The notes: generated by a model not told the origin, from the letters alone. A stretch of DNA of 64,000 bases from an uncultured Chloroflexia bacterium (GCA_963717255.1 CAVQVT010000009.1:46830-110829); one strand, 5' to 3'; shown: positions 1 through 9,988, counted from the first letter of the stretch. Numbers and translations: made by a program.

Positions 1-594
1 GATCCGGTCCGTGGGCAGGTCCACGATCGACGGGGCGTCCAGTGGGACCTTGAGGAGCGATCGGAGGTCCCCGAACTGGAGGCACCCGTCCACCAGCGCG
101 GTCCGCGGCCCCAGCCGGGCGATCGAGACCGCGAGGTTGAACGCGAGCGTCGTCTTGCCGACACCGCCCTTGGGAGCGTAGATCGCGATCATCCGCGTCC
201 GCGCCTCACCCGACGCCTCGGCTCGCGCCGCGTACGCGGCCTGGACGACGTTGACGAGCTCGAAGCCGCTGAACGGCATCGAGAGGACCTGGTGGATCCC
301 GTGCTCCGGGTCGCGCGCGACGATCTGCTGAGGGACCGTGAGCACGATGACGGGGATGCCCAGCGACGAGCCGCGGAGATCGTCGATGAGCTGGGGCGCC
401 CGCACCTTCCCCTGGAGGAGGATGTCCACCATGATCACGTCCGGACGGAGGCGCTCGGCCTCCGCGAGGACCTTCGACCCGTCCGACAGCGAGTCGACCA
501 GCTTGATCTGCGACTGCGTGTCGAGCAGCTGGCGGACGTACTGGGCGACCTGTGGGACGTCCTCGACGAGCAGGAGTCGGATCTGGGTCGGCAT
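1..594 (-). CDS. response-regulator receiver domain fused to ParA/MinD/CpaE-like P-loop ATPase (C-terminus outside window)
   Basis: Reverse translation from ATG 594..592 gives MPTQIRLLLVEDVPQVAQYV...PDVIMVDILL (receiver-like). In frame at 192 it continues MIAIYAPKGGVGKTTLAFNLAV (deviant Walker A). Absent from the ORF track because it is open at the window edge. Confidence 0.75.
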   Translation of the reverse strand, partial: MPTQIRLLLVEDVPQVAQYVRQLLDTQSQIKLVDSLSDGSKVLAEAERLRPDVIMVDILLQGKVRAPQLIDDLRGSSLGIPVIVLTVPQQIVARDPEHGIHQVLSMPFSGFELVNVVQAAYAARAEASGEARTRMIAIYAPKGGVGKTTLAFNLAVSIARLGPRTALVDGCLQFGDLRSLLKVPLDAPSIVDLPTDRI

Positions 595-605
595 ACGCGC
601 CGAGT

Positions 606-1520
606 CTACCAAGCGCGGCGAGCGCGGCCGCGTCCGTCGGAGGTCCCACCGACGCCGCCGGACGTCCTGTCCCGGGCGGGACGACGGGGCGCGGCGGGAG
701 GAGCGTCCGCGGTCGCGCGGACGGCCACGAGGATCGCCCGGTCCGCCCCCGGCGCGAGGGGCGTGAGGTCGGCATCGCCCGCGAGGATCTCCACCCGCAG
801 CCCGGCCGCCTCCGCCATCTCGAGGAGGTCCACGGCGTCGAGGAGATGGAGCCGATCCACCCGCACGGTGCGCGCGGCCGGTCGACCGGGCAGCCCTTCC
901 TCGAAGACCGAGACGAGTGCGACGGTCCGCGTGCTGGCATCGTGGCGGGCGCTCGACGTCTTCGTGATCACCGACCCGGCCGGGCCGCGGCGTGCCCAGT
1001 CCAGCGTCAGCCGGCCGTCGTAGCGGGAGAGGTCGTCGGCGTCGAGGAGCGGGACGTCCACCGCGGCGACCCCGCCGGGCGCCAGGTGGTCCGCCAACGT
1101 CGCGAACGCACGCCGCTGTGCGGCCCGGCCGGGCATCAGCAGCAGCGACCCGAGCGCGACGAAGGCGAGGCCGAAGCTGCCGGCCCGCGGGTGGCGGTAC
1201 CCGTCCACATCCGCATCCACGAGCTCGAGCCGCCGCGCCGCACGCGGACCCGCGGCGCTCGCGGCGACGCGCGCGCGGGCCAGCATCGCCGGGTCCACGT
1301 CCACGGCCACGACGCGCCGGCCCGTCGCGGCGAGCGGGACGGCGAGCCGGCCCGACCCCGCCATCAACTCCAGGATCGGGCCCGTCGTCCGCGTGGCGAG
1401 CGCCAGGTAGAGCCCGCGGTCCGCGTCCTCCTCCGCGACGTCGAGGTCGTACAGGCGCGCGAGCGCCTCCGCGCCTGACTCGCCGCCCGGCTCCACGGAT
1501 CCGCCGTCCCCGCGTCCCAT
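606..1520 (-). CDS. class I SAM-dependent methyltransferase
   Basis: C-terminal 305 codons of track ORF 606..2591, starting MGRGDGGSVEPGG. Motif I-like ILELMAGSGRLAVPLA and VVAVDVDPAML. ATG at 1520 lies 2 nt after the agmatinase stop. Confidence 0.75.
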   Translation of the reverse strand: MGRGDGGSVEPGGESGAEALARLYDLDVAEEDADRGLYLALATRTTGPILELMAGSGRLAVPLAATGRRVVAVDVDPAMLARARVAASAAGPRAARRLELVDADVDGYRHPRAGSFGLAFVALGSLLLMPGRAAQRRAFATLADHLAPGGVAAVDVPLLDADDLSRYDGRLTLDWARRGPAGSVITKTSSARHDASTRTVALVSVFEEGLPGRPAARTVRVDRLHLLDAVDLLEMAEAAGLRVEILAGDADLTPLAPGADRAILVAVRATADAPPAAPRRPARDRTSGGVGGTSDGRGRARRAW

Positions 1521-1522
1521 CG

Positions 1523-2572
1523 TCAGCCCGGCTCGTGGCGGACGCGATGGCCGGCCGCCCGTTTCGCGGCGAGGGCGCTGATCGCCTCGAGCACGCACCG
1601 GTTCGCGGCCCCGGCGGTGATCTCGGCGTGGTCGAACGGGGGTGAGACCTCGACCACGTCCATCGCGGCGAGGTCCACGGCTGTCACGATGCGCCGGATC
1701 GCGCGGAGCACCTCCCGCGTGAGCATGCCGCCCGGCTCGGGGGTGCCCGTCCCGGGGGCCATCCCGGGATCGATGACGTCGATGTCGATCGACAGGTAGA
1801 CGGCGTCGGCGCCGTCGAGCGCCTCCGAGATCGCGTCGTCGATGACCGCCTCCGCCCCGCGCTCCTCGATCTCGCGCATGAGGTGCCAGCGCATCCCCTG
1901 TGCACGCATCCAGTCGAAGACGTCCGGCGGCGGCCAGTAGCCGCGCAGGCCCACCTGGACGAAGTTGCGGCCCGCGACCGCGCCCGACTCGACGAGGCGG
2001 CGCATGGGCGTCCCGTGGCTGCCGAGGACGCCGAAGATGTCCTGCGCCGTGTCCGCGTGCGCGTCGAAGTGGACGATCCCGATGCTCGCCGGATGACGGA
2101 CCTCGGCGACCGCGCTCGCGGACGGCCAGGTGATCGAGTGGTCGCCGCCCAGCACCATCGGGATGGCGCCGGTCGCCGCGACCTCGCGGACCTTCCGGTG
2201 GATGAGGGCGTGTCCGCGCTCCACCCAGGACGGCACGATGTTCGCATCGCCCGCGTCCACGACCGCGAGGACGTCGAACGGCTCGACGCCGAGCTGGAGC
2301 GAGTTGAGCGCGCCCGACGCGCTCTGGGCCTCGCGGATCGCCCGCGGCCCGAACCGGGCCCCGGGCCGGTGCGAGGTGGCGTCGTCGAACGGCGCGCCCA
2401 CGATCGCGACGTCCACGCTCCGCCGCGCGATCTCCGCGGGATCGGTGACCCAGGGGAGGTTGGAGAAGGTCGTGGGGCCGACGTACGTCGGGAGGTCGTA
2501 GTCGGCGTAGACCTCCCAGTCGCGGTCCCAGCCGGCAGCCCGCGCGTAGTCGGGGCGCGTCGGATCGGCCAT
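1523..2572 (-). CDS. speB: agmatinase / ureohydrolase family
   Basis: 349-aa ORF with the arginase-fold Mn-binding motifs GGDHSIT, HFDAHADT and SIDIDVIDP. Confidence 0.85.
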   Translation of the reverse strand: MADPTRPDYARAAGWDRDWEVYADYDLPTYVGPTTFSNLPWVTDPAEIARRSVDVAIVGAPFDDATSHRPGARFGPRAIREAQSASGALNSLQLGVEPFDVLAVVDAGDANIVPSWVERGHALIHRKVREVAATGAIPMVLGGDHSITWPSASAVAEVRHPASIGIVHFDAHADTAQDIFGVLGSHGTPMRRLVESGAVAGRNFVQVGLRGYWPPPDVFDWMRAQGMRWHLMREIEERGAEAVIDDAISEALDGADAVYLSIDIDVIDPGMAPGTGTPEPGGMLTREVLRAIRRIVTAVDLAAMDVVEVSPPFDHAEITAGAANRCVLEAISALAAKRAAGHRVRHEPG

Positions 2573-2574
2573 GG

Positions 2575-3012
2575 TCAGGCCCTCCCGTCATCGTGCCGGT
2601 CGGCGCGCTCGAGCGACCGCAGCACGAATGCGTCGAGCACCTCGCGCCGCATGAGGTACGCGACGACGATCGCCGCGACGACGATCGAGAGCAGCCCCTG
2701 GAGACCGATCCCCGTCACGCCGACGAGGAGAAGCTGGATCACGCCCACGAGGATGTCGAGGGCGGACAGGAGGATCGCCGCCGTCCATGCCCAGCCGCGG
2801 AGCGTCCAGAAGCCCCACGCCACGGCGATCTGCGCCGCCGCGAGAAGCAGATACCCGACGCCGAGGGCCGGCCGCTCGGCGGCCTCCACGTCCGGGACGG
2901 CCAGCCCGCCGAGGCCGAAGGCCACGGCGGCGCCGGCCAGCGAGACGGCCGCCGTCGCGACGAGGAGGACGGCGATGAGGCCGACACCGGTCGGTCGCCG
3001 CACCTCGCTCAC
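2575..3012 (-). CDS. small integral membrane protein (about 4 TM)
   Basis: 145-aa hydrophobic ORF. GTG start preceded by GGAGGTGA at 5-nt spacing. Its stop lies 2 nt before the agmatinase start. Confidence 0.6.
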   Translation of the reverse strand: MSEVRRPTGVGLIAVLLVATAAVSLAGAAVAFGLGGLAVPDVEAAERPALGVGYLLLAAAQIAVAWGFWTLRGWAWTAAILLSALDILVGVIQLLLVGVTGIGLQGLLSIVVAAIVVAYLMRREVLDAFVLRSLERADRHDDGRA

Positions 3013-3096
3013 TCGGTCACCTCCAGTCGCGGGGGATCGGACGTGCGCATCATACGGACCGGGCCGGGCGTCGACGAGCGTCCGTGGGGCCAGGCG

Positions 3097-4309
3097 TCAA
3101 CGGCGGCTCTCCGCGAAGGCCCGCGCGGCGGCGGCCACGGCCTCCGGGTCTTGGAACAGGTCGTAGGCGGTCTGGGCGATCACGGTCGCGGCGAGCAGCG
3201 TGACCTCGTCGGCTCGCGGCGCGACCGCCGCGTCGCGGAACTCGATCGAGTGGCCGGGTGTGCCGGCGGCGCAGATCGCGAGGCATGGGTGGATGGCCGG
3301 GACGACCCAGCTCACGTTGCCCATGTCCGAGCTGCCGAGGTTCGGGTCCGGCGGGCCCGGCTCCACCCCGGACGCACGGAGGTTGCGCTCGAAGAGCTCC
3401 ACGAGCACCGGGTTGTCGTTCATCGTCGTCGACCCGCCCGAGAAGACCGCCTCCCCGTGGGTGCCGGTCGCGAGCGCGGCCGCCTCGACGAGCGCGACGA
3501 ACCGTTCACGCATCGTCTCGAAGTAGGCCTGGTCGGCGGAGCGGATCATGAACCGGCCGACCGCACGCTCCGGGATGATGTTCGCGGCCGCCCCGCCCTC
3601 GAGGACGATGCCGTGGACGCGCGCATCCGGACGCAGCTGCTGCCGCCAGAGGCCGATCGACGACAGCAGCAGAACGAGGGCGTCGAGCGCGTTGAGCCCC
3701 ATCCACGGATCCGACGCAGCGTGCGACGCGCGCCCGCTGAACGTGACGTCGATGTCCACGCTCGCAAGGAGCGCGATCCGGACGTGGTCCTTGTCCGACG
3801 GGTGGTAGAGCAGGGCCGCGTCGAGTCCGTCGAAGAGCCCGTCGTCGATCATGGCCTGTTTGCCCGAGCCGCGCTCCTCCGCCGGCGTCCCGAGGAAGAC
3901 GATCTCGCCGGGCAGCTCGTCGCGTACGGCCGCCAGGCCGATCGCCGCGCCGACGCCGGAGGCGGCCATCGAGTTATGGCCGCAGCCGTGGCCCAGGCCC
4001 GGCAGCGCGTCGTACTCGGCGAGGATCCCGATCCGCGGCCGGTCACCGCCCAGGCCACCGCGCAGGACGCCGCGCACGGCCGTCTCGAGGCTGCCGATCG
4101 GGTGCTCCACCTCGTACCCGTGACGAACGATCGCGTCCGCCACCCAGCCGGCCGCGCGGAACTCCTCGAACGCCGGCTCGGGGTTCTCGTGGATCCGGTG
4201 CGACAGCGCGAGGACCTGGTCGCTGGCCGCCTCGATCGCGGCGGCGATGCGGACCTTGCCGTCGGCGAGGGCCTCGACAGGACGGAGTGGTGGAGACCGA
4301 GTGTGACAT
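3097..4309 (-). CDS. M20 family amidohydrolase/peptidase (AbgB/M20D-like), N-terminus interrupted by an apparent 1-nt frameshift
   Basis: Track ORF 3097..4143 is M20-like (GHGCGHN, GTPAEE). The same frame continues upstream as PVEALADGKVRIAAAIEAASDQVLALSHRIHENPEPAFEEF, with no ATG/GTG before an in-frame stop. The only GGAGG plus ATG (4309) is one nucleotide out of frame. Confidence 0.7.
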
Positions 4310-4384
4310 GGCGGACCTCCGGGACCGCACCGCGCGGTCGGGATGTGTCGGGAAGGCGTCCGGCAGGGACCTGCCGGGCGCCCG

Positions 4385-4759
4385 TCAGCGGTCGACGGTC
4401 AGGGTGACCTCGGCGAATGCGACGATGGCGACGATGAAGAGGACGATCGGCGGGCTGAGGACGCCCTGCAGCCGCAGGGCCACGACGAGGCCGACGACGA
4501 GGCCGACCCAGCCGGCCCGGCGCAGGGCGCGCGCCCAGTCGCCGCGGTACGCGATGCGGCGGTGGCGGGCGTAGACCGCGAGCCAGGCGAGCGGGGCGGC
4601 GGTGAGGCCGCTGGCGAGGCCCATGAGCGCGGCGCCGCGGAACCCGGCGACCTGGTCGGAGATCGGGTCCTGCGTGAGGATGACGAACGCGACCGCGCCC
4701 CACGCCAGCACCGCGGCAGCGAGGAGGCCGATGTTCGCGATGCGGTCGCGTCGTTCCAT
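4385..4759 (-). CDS. small integral membrane protein
   Basis: 124-aa ORF with 3-4 hydrophobic helices. TAGACT box (4774..4769) lies 9 nt upstream of the ATG, with no SD. Confidence 0.55.
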   Translation of the reverse strand: MERRDRIANIGLLAAAVLAWGAVAFVILTQDPISDQVAGFRGAALMGLASGLTAAPLAWLAVYARHRRIAYRGDWARALRRAGWVGLVVGLVVALRLQGVLSPPIVLFIVAIVAFAEVTLTVDR

Positions 4760-4931
4760 CCACCGACGAGTCTACGGGGAGGCGCGCGCGGCCGCGACCC
4801 GACGGCCCGGCGGGCGCGCCGCACGGCCCATGGGGCGGGTCGAGACGAGGTATCGTCAGTCGCGCGCCCCAGCACGCGACGCGTCTTCTCGCGGCCACAC
4901 ACTCGATCTCGCATCCATGGAGGGGACGGAT

Positions 4932-6211
4932 ATGGCAAGCCGACCGCTGACTCCGCTCGTGCTGCTCGCAGCCGGGGCGCTCCTGGTGAGCGCCTGCTCC
5001 TCGAGCGGCGGGAGCCCCGCACCCTCCACGGCCGGCCCGAGCGAGGCGCCGTCCGCAGCCGCCGCCTGCGAAGCGGGTGCTGCCTCCGGAACGCAGATCC
5101 CCGACGTCGTCGACGGGAAGTTCAACGTCGCCATGGTCCTCATCGGGCCGCACAACGACGGCGGATGGAGCCAGGCCCACTACGAGGGCCTGATCTACCT
5201 GTGCGAGAACATGGCCGACTCGCACGTGGCCTACATCGAGAACGTCCCGGAGGGCGCGGACTCCGAGCAGGTCTTCACCAGCCTCGCGCGCAAGGGCTTC
5301 GACTTCATCATCGGGACGAGCTTCGGCTACATGGATCCGATGGCGAACGTCGCCGAGCAGTTCCCCGACCAGACCTTCCTGCACCTGACCGGCTACAAGT
5401 CGAACGGCAAGAACTTCGGCAACTTCTTCGGCGCGATGGAGACGATGAAGTTCCTGGCCGGCATGCTGGCCGGGTCGCGCGCCAAGCTGGATGGGAACCC
5501 GAAGATCGGCTACATGGCCACCTTCCCGATCCCCGAGGAGCTCCGCCTCGGCAACGCGATCATGCTGGGCGTGAAGCAGACGTGCCCCGAGTGCACGATG
5601 GATGTCCGCTTCATCAACACCTGGCACGATCCGGTCAAGGAGAAGGAGGGCGCCGCGTCGCTCTTCGACGCCGGCGCCCAGGTCGTCTTCACCGGCGCCG
5701 ACACCGGCGCCGTCGCCGACGTTGCCCAGGAGAAGGGCAAGTGGGGCGTCACCTACGACCACCCCGACTCCTGCAAGGCCGAGCGTTGCCTCACCGCCCC
5801 GTACTGGATCTGGGGTCCCGAGTACACCCGGATCGCCGAGCAGGTGAAGGCCGGCACGTACAAGGCCGGCTACGAGTACTTCGACGCCGACGCCGGCGCG
5901 ATGGGCCTTCTCGGCTTCATGGAGGGTGAGACGCCACGGATGGGCATCAAGGACCTTCCCGAGAAGGACGTCCAGCTCGTCAAGGACACCCTGGCCACGA
6001 TGCTCAAGAGCGAGGCACCGGCCGGTTCGACATCGTCTTCGCCGGACCGCTGAGGGACAACACCGGCAAGGAGCTTCTCGCAGCCGGCGAGAAGCTCGTG
6101 CAGGCCGATCTCGACCAGTTCCCGCCCGGCGCCCCCAACAACAAGTGCACGACCTGCATGTACTGGTGGGCCGACGGGATCAAGGCGAAGCTGCCCGACC
6201 TGAGCCAGTAG
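4932..6211 (+). CDS. BMP family (PnrA/Med-like) ABC transporter substrate-binding lipoprotein, apparent 1-nt frameshift near 6018-6022
   Basis: MASRPLTPLVLLAAGALLVSACSS signal and lipobox, with GGAGGGGA SD before ATG 4932. The frame stops at 6053, but another frame continues with the family-typical tail GRFDIVFAGPLRDNTGKELLAAGEKL...YWWADGIKAKLPDLSQ, ending at 6211. Confidence 0.8.
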
Positions 6212-6225
6212 GCCAACGCGGTCAA

Positions 6226-6254
6226 GGCCCGCGACGATCCGCTCGTCGCGGGCC
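6226..6254 (+). terminator. GC-rich hairpin between the binding-protein gene and the ATPase gene (intra-operon attenuator/stabiliser candidate)
   Basis: Perfect 11-bp stem ggcccgcgacg / cgtcgcgggcc with a 7-nt loop, 15 nt after the stop. There is no T-tract. Confidence 0.4.
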
Positions 6255-6284
6255 TCGCCGTTCCAGCGGAGCCGTCACCGTCGC

Positions 6285-7877
6285 ATGACCGCCGTCCCCG
6301 ACGTCCCGCTCTCGCCCGCGCCGCCGGCCACGCTGGCCGTCGAGATGCGCGGCATCGTCAAGCGCTTCCCCGGGGTCGTCGCCAACGACGGCGTCGACTT
6401 CGACCTCCGCCTCGGCGAGGTGCACGCCCTCCTCGGCGAGAACGGCGCCGGCAAGAGCACGCTCATGAACGTCCTGGACGGGCTGTACCGTCCGGATGCC
6501 GGTGAGATCCGGCTCTTCGGCAAGCCGGTGGGCTTCCGCTCACCGCGCGACGCGATCGCGGCCGGCGTGGGCATGGTCCACCAGCACTTCGCGCTGGTGC
6601 CGACCCAGACCGTGACCGAGAACATCCTGCTCGGCCTTGCCGAGCCGCGCTTCCGGCTCGACGCCGGGCGCTACGACGAGCGGATCGCCGAGCTCGCGCG
6701 CCGGCACGGGCTCGCCGTCGACCCGCGGGCGCGGATCTGGCAGCTGTCGGTCGGTGAGCAGCAGCGCGTCGAGATCCTCAAGATGCTCTACCGGGGGGCG
6801 CGGATCCTCATCCTCGACGAGCCGACGGCGGTCCTTGCGCCGCAGGAGGCGGCCGACCTCTTCCGCACGCTCCGCACGATGGTGGCCGAGGGCACGTCGA
6901 TCATCTTCATCAGCCACAAGCTGGCCGAGGTGACCCAGATCGCCGACCGGGTCACCGTGATGCGCCGCGGGAAGGTCACCGCGGCCGGCAACCCCGTGGC
7001 CGGCACGACGACGGCCGACCTGGCCCGCCTGATGGTGGGCCGCGAGGTCATCGAGACGATCGAGAAGTCGCCGCTCGCGCAGGGCCCCGTGGTCCTGGCG
7101 GTGCACGACGTCGAGGCCCAGAGCGACCGCGAGCTCCCCGCCCTGCGCGGGGTCTCGTTCGAGGTCCGGGCGGGCGAGATCCTCGGCGTCGCGGGCGTCG
7201 CCGGAAACGGCCAGTCCGAGCTGGCCCAGGTGCTCACGGGCCTCCGCCGCTGCACGGCCGGGTCGATCTCGGTCAACGGCGTCGAGGTCGCCAACCACAC
7301 CCCGCGCGAGGTCATCGACCAGCACATCGGCCACGTCCCGGAGGACCGGACCGGCGTCGGCACGGCGCCGGACCTCTCCATCGCGGACAACCTCATCATG
7401 AAGTCGTACCGCGATGCCCCGGTCGCGCGCCGCTGGTCGATCGACACGGGCGCCGTGCGCCGCTTCGCGACCGGTCTCCGGGAGTCGTATTCGATCACCG
7501 CGCCGTCGATCGACACGGAGGCGCGCCTGCTGTCGGGCGGCAACCTGCAGCGACTCATCCTCGCCCGCGAGATCGCCTCGCAGCCCCGCCTCATGGTCGC
7601 GGTCCAGCCGACGCGCGGCCTCGACGTCGGGGCGATCGGCACGGTCCACCGGCTCCTGCTCGACCAGCGCGCGGCGGGCTCCGCGACGGTCCTGATCAGC
7701 GAGGACCTCGACGAGGTGCTGACCCTCTCCGACCGCGTGGCGGTGATCTACGAGGGCCGCATCGTCGGGATCGTCGACGCGGCCGACGCCGACATCGCCG
7801 AGATCGGCCTGCTGATGACCGGCGGCCGGGCCTCGACGACGAACGAGCCGCGCGACGCCACCAGGCTGGTCCCGTGA
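6285..7877 (+). CDS. ABC transporter ATP-binding protein with duplicated ATPase domains (BMP/nucleoside-sugar type)
   Basis: 530 aa with GENGAGKST Walker A, LSVGEQQRVEI signature, ILILDEPT Walker B, and a second degenerate domain (GVAGNGQSEL, LSGGNLQR). Confidence 0.9.
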   Translation: MTAVPDVPLSPAPPATLAVEMRGIVKRFPGVVANDGVDFDLRLGEVHALLGENGAGKSTLMNVLDGLYRPDAGEIRLFGKPVGFRSPRDAIAAGVGMVHQHFALVPTQTVTENILLGLAEPRFRLDAGRYDERIAELARRHGLAVDPRARIWQLSVGEQQRVEILKMLYRGARILILDEPTAVLAPQEAADLFRTLRTMVAEGTSIIFISHKLAEVTQIADRVTVMRRGKVTAAGNPVAGTTTADLARLMVGREVIETIEKSPLAQGPVVLAVHDVEAQSDRELPALRGVSFEVRAGEILGVAGVAGNGQSELAQVLTGLRRCTAGSISVNGVEVANHTPREVIDQHIGHVPEDRTGVGTAPDLSIADNLIMKSYRDAPVARRWSIDTGAVRRFATGLRESYSITAPSIDTEARLLSGGNLQRLILAREIASQPRLMVAVQPTRGLDVGAIGTVHRLLLDQRAAGSATVLISEDLDEVLTLSDRVAVIYEGRIVGIVDAADADIAEIGLLMTGGRASTTNEPRDATRLVP

Positions 7878-9007
7878 CGGCGGGAGCGCCGGCGCGCCGT
7901 CCCCAGCATGCATGGTTCGCGCTTCCCTGGACGGTCCGCGCCGAGCGGCGGCTCGAGGTCCCGCGCTGGCTCCCGCTGGCCACGACGGTCGGCGCCGTCG
8001 CCGTCGCCCTCCTGATCGGCGGCGTCATCCTCGCCTTCGCCGGCGGCGACCCGCTCGCGATCTACGCACACATCCTGCGGTCGTCGTTCGGCAGCCTCGG
8101 CGTCCTGTCCGACACGCTGGTCAAGGCGACCCCGCTGATCCTGACCGGCCTCGCCTGTGCCCTCGCCTTCCGGATGCGCCTGTGGAACATCGGCGCGGAG
8201 GGCCAGCTGCTGATGGGCGCCTGGGCCGCGTCGGCGGTGGTCCTCGTGCCCATCGTGCCGCCGGGCACGCCGGCGATCATCACGATCCCCGCGATGATGG
8301 TCGCGGCGATGCTCGCCGGCGGGGCGTATGGGGCGATCCCCGGCATCCTCAAGGCCGTTCGCGGGGTGAACGAGATCATCGTCACCCTGATGCTCAACTA
8401 CATCGCCGCGCTCTGGATCTCGTACTGGGTGTTCGGACCGTGGAACGAGGGGGGCTTCCCTATCACCCCGCAGTTCCCGCGCGAGTCGTGGCTCCCCCGT
8501 CTCTCCGACTTCGCCGAGGCGATACCCGCCCTCTCTGGACTGACGGTCCACCTGGGGCTCCTGATCGGCCTGGTCGCGGCCGTCCTCGTCCACTTCCTCC
8601 TGTACCGGAGCCGGCTGGGCTACGAGATCCGGCTCATCGGCGACAGCCCGCGGGCCGCCCGCTACGCAGGCGTCAACGTGGTGCGCAACACGATCATCGT
8701 GTTCGCCATCTCGGGAGCCCTCGCGGGCCTGGCCGGGATGAGCGAGGTCTCCGGCGTCGTGCACCGCCTCCAGCTGACGATCTCCCCGGGCTACGGCTTC
8801 ACGGCCGTCATCGTGGCCTACATCGCGAAGCTCAACCCGTACGGCGTCGTCGTCGCGTCGATCGCGTTCGGCGCGCTCATCCTGGCCGGCCGCGAGATCC
8901 AGCCGTCCGGGATCCCGGCCATGATCCAGGGGATCATCCTCTTCTCGCTCATCGCCAGCGAGGTCTTCCTCCGCTACCGGTTCCGGATCGAGCGGCGGGC
9001 CGCCTGA
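7874..9007 (+). CDS. ABC transporter permease (BMP-type importer)
   Basis: 377-aa polytopic ORF. GTGA overlap with the ATPase stop. Confidence 0.85.
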   Translation: MTAGAPARRPQHAWFALPWTVRAERRLEVPRWLPLATTVGAVAVALLIGGVILAFAGGDPLAIYAHILRSSFGSLGVLSDTLVKATPLILTGLACALAFRMRLWNIGAEGQLLMGAWAASAVVLVPIVPPGTPAIITIPAMMVAAMLAGGAYGAIPGILKAVRGVNEIIVTLMLNYIAALWISYWVFGPWNEGGFPITPQFPRESWLPRLSDFAEAIPALSGLTVHLGLLIGLVAAVLVHFLLYRSRLGYEIRLIGDSPRAARYAGVNVVRNTIIVFAISGALAGLAGMSEVSGVVHRLQLTISPGYGFTAVIVAYIAKLNPYGVVVASIAFGALILAGREIQPSGIPAMIQGIILFSLIASEVFLRYRFRIERRAA

Positions 9008-9975
9008 TGGACCCGCTCGTCATCCTCGCCGCCGGTGTCGCGTTCGGCACCGTCTACCTGTTCGCCGCCGTCGGTGAGATCTTCGCCGAGCGGGCCGGCG
9101 TCCTCAACCTCGGGGTCGAGGGGATGATGCTGATGGGCGCGGTCGTCGCCTTCGGCACCGCGGTGACGACCGGCAACCCCTGGCTGGGGCTCGTCCTCGG
9201 GATGCTCGCAGGCGGCCTGCTCTCCGTCCTCCACGCCGTCATCACGATCACCTTCCAGGCCGAGCAGGTCGTCTCCGGCCTCGCCCTCACCTTCCTCGGC
9301 AGCGGCCTCGCCCGGGTCCTGGGCGAGGATCTGAGCAAGGCCGGGGCGATCGCCCTGATCCCGACCGCCTCGATCCCGGTCCTGTCCTCCGTGCCGATCC
9401 TCGGGCCGGTCTTCTTCACGAACCAGAGCATCCTGACCTACCTGGGTTTCCTCCTGGTGCCGGCCGCCTGGTACTGGATCAACCGGACGCGCCCGGGCCT
9501 CCATCTCCGGGCCGTCGGTGAGAGCCCGGCGGCGGCCGACACGCTCGGCGTGGACGTCTACCGCCTGCGCTACGCGTACGTGATCGCCGGCGGGGTCTTC
9601 GCCGGCCTGGGCGGGGCGACGATCACCCTCGCCATCTCGCCCGGCTGGTTCAGCGAGCTCACGACGAACGGCGCCGGCTGGATCGCGATCGCGATCGTCA
9701 TCTTCGCCCGCTGGAACCCGGTCTGGGCGGCCGTCGGGGCCTACGCCTTCGGGGCGATCCGGCGGATGATCATCGACCTGCAGGGGCCGGAGACGCTGTT
9801 CGGGTTCCCCAACCCGTTCTTCGAGGACCACACCCTCACGTTCTTCCTCGAGATGCTGCCGTACGTCCTCGTCATCGTGGTCCTCGTCGCTGTCTCCGGC
9901 AAGGCGATGCGCCGGCGAGTGGGCGCCCCGGCCGCGCTGGGCATCCCCTACGTCCGGGGTGAGCGCGGCCACTGA
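9007..9975 (+). CDS. ABC transporter permease (second subunit)
   Basis: MDPLVILAAGVAFGTVYLFAAVGEIFAERAGVLNLGVEGMM... is the real tail of track ORF 7912..9975. The ATG overlaps the preceding TGA (TGATG). Confidence 0.85.
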   Translation: MDPLVILAAGVAFGTVYLFAAVGEIFAERAGVLNLGVEGMMLMGAVVAFGTAVTTGNPWLGLVLGMLAGGLLSVLHAVITITFQAEQVVSGLALTFLGSGLARVLGEDLSKAGAIALIPTASIPVLSSVPILGPVFFTNQSILTYLGFLLVPAAWYWINRTRPGLHLRAVGESPAAADTLGVDVYRLRYAYVIAGGVFAGLGGATITLAISPGWFSELTTNGAGWIAIAIVIFARWNPVWAAVGAYAFGAIRRMIIDLQGPETLFGFPNPFFEDHTLTFFLEMLPYVLVIVVLVAVSGKAMRRRVGAPAALGIPYVRGERGH

Positions 9976-9988
9976 CAGGCGACGAGCC

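Noticed and set aside
3849-5762. 637-aa minus-strand ORF spanning the M20 start, the small membrane gene and the BMP gene
   Set aside because: It is an out-of-frame or antisense shadow, with no motifs and composition unlike the neighbouring real proteins.
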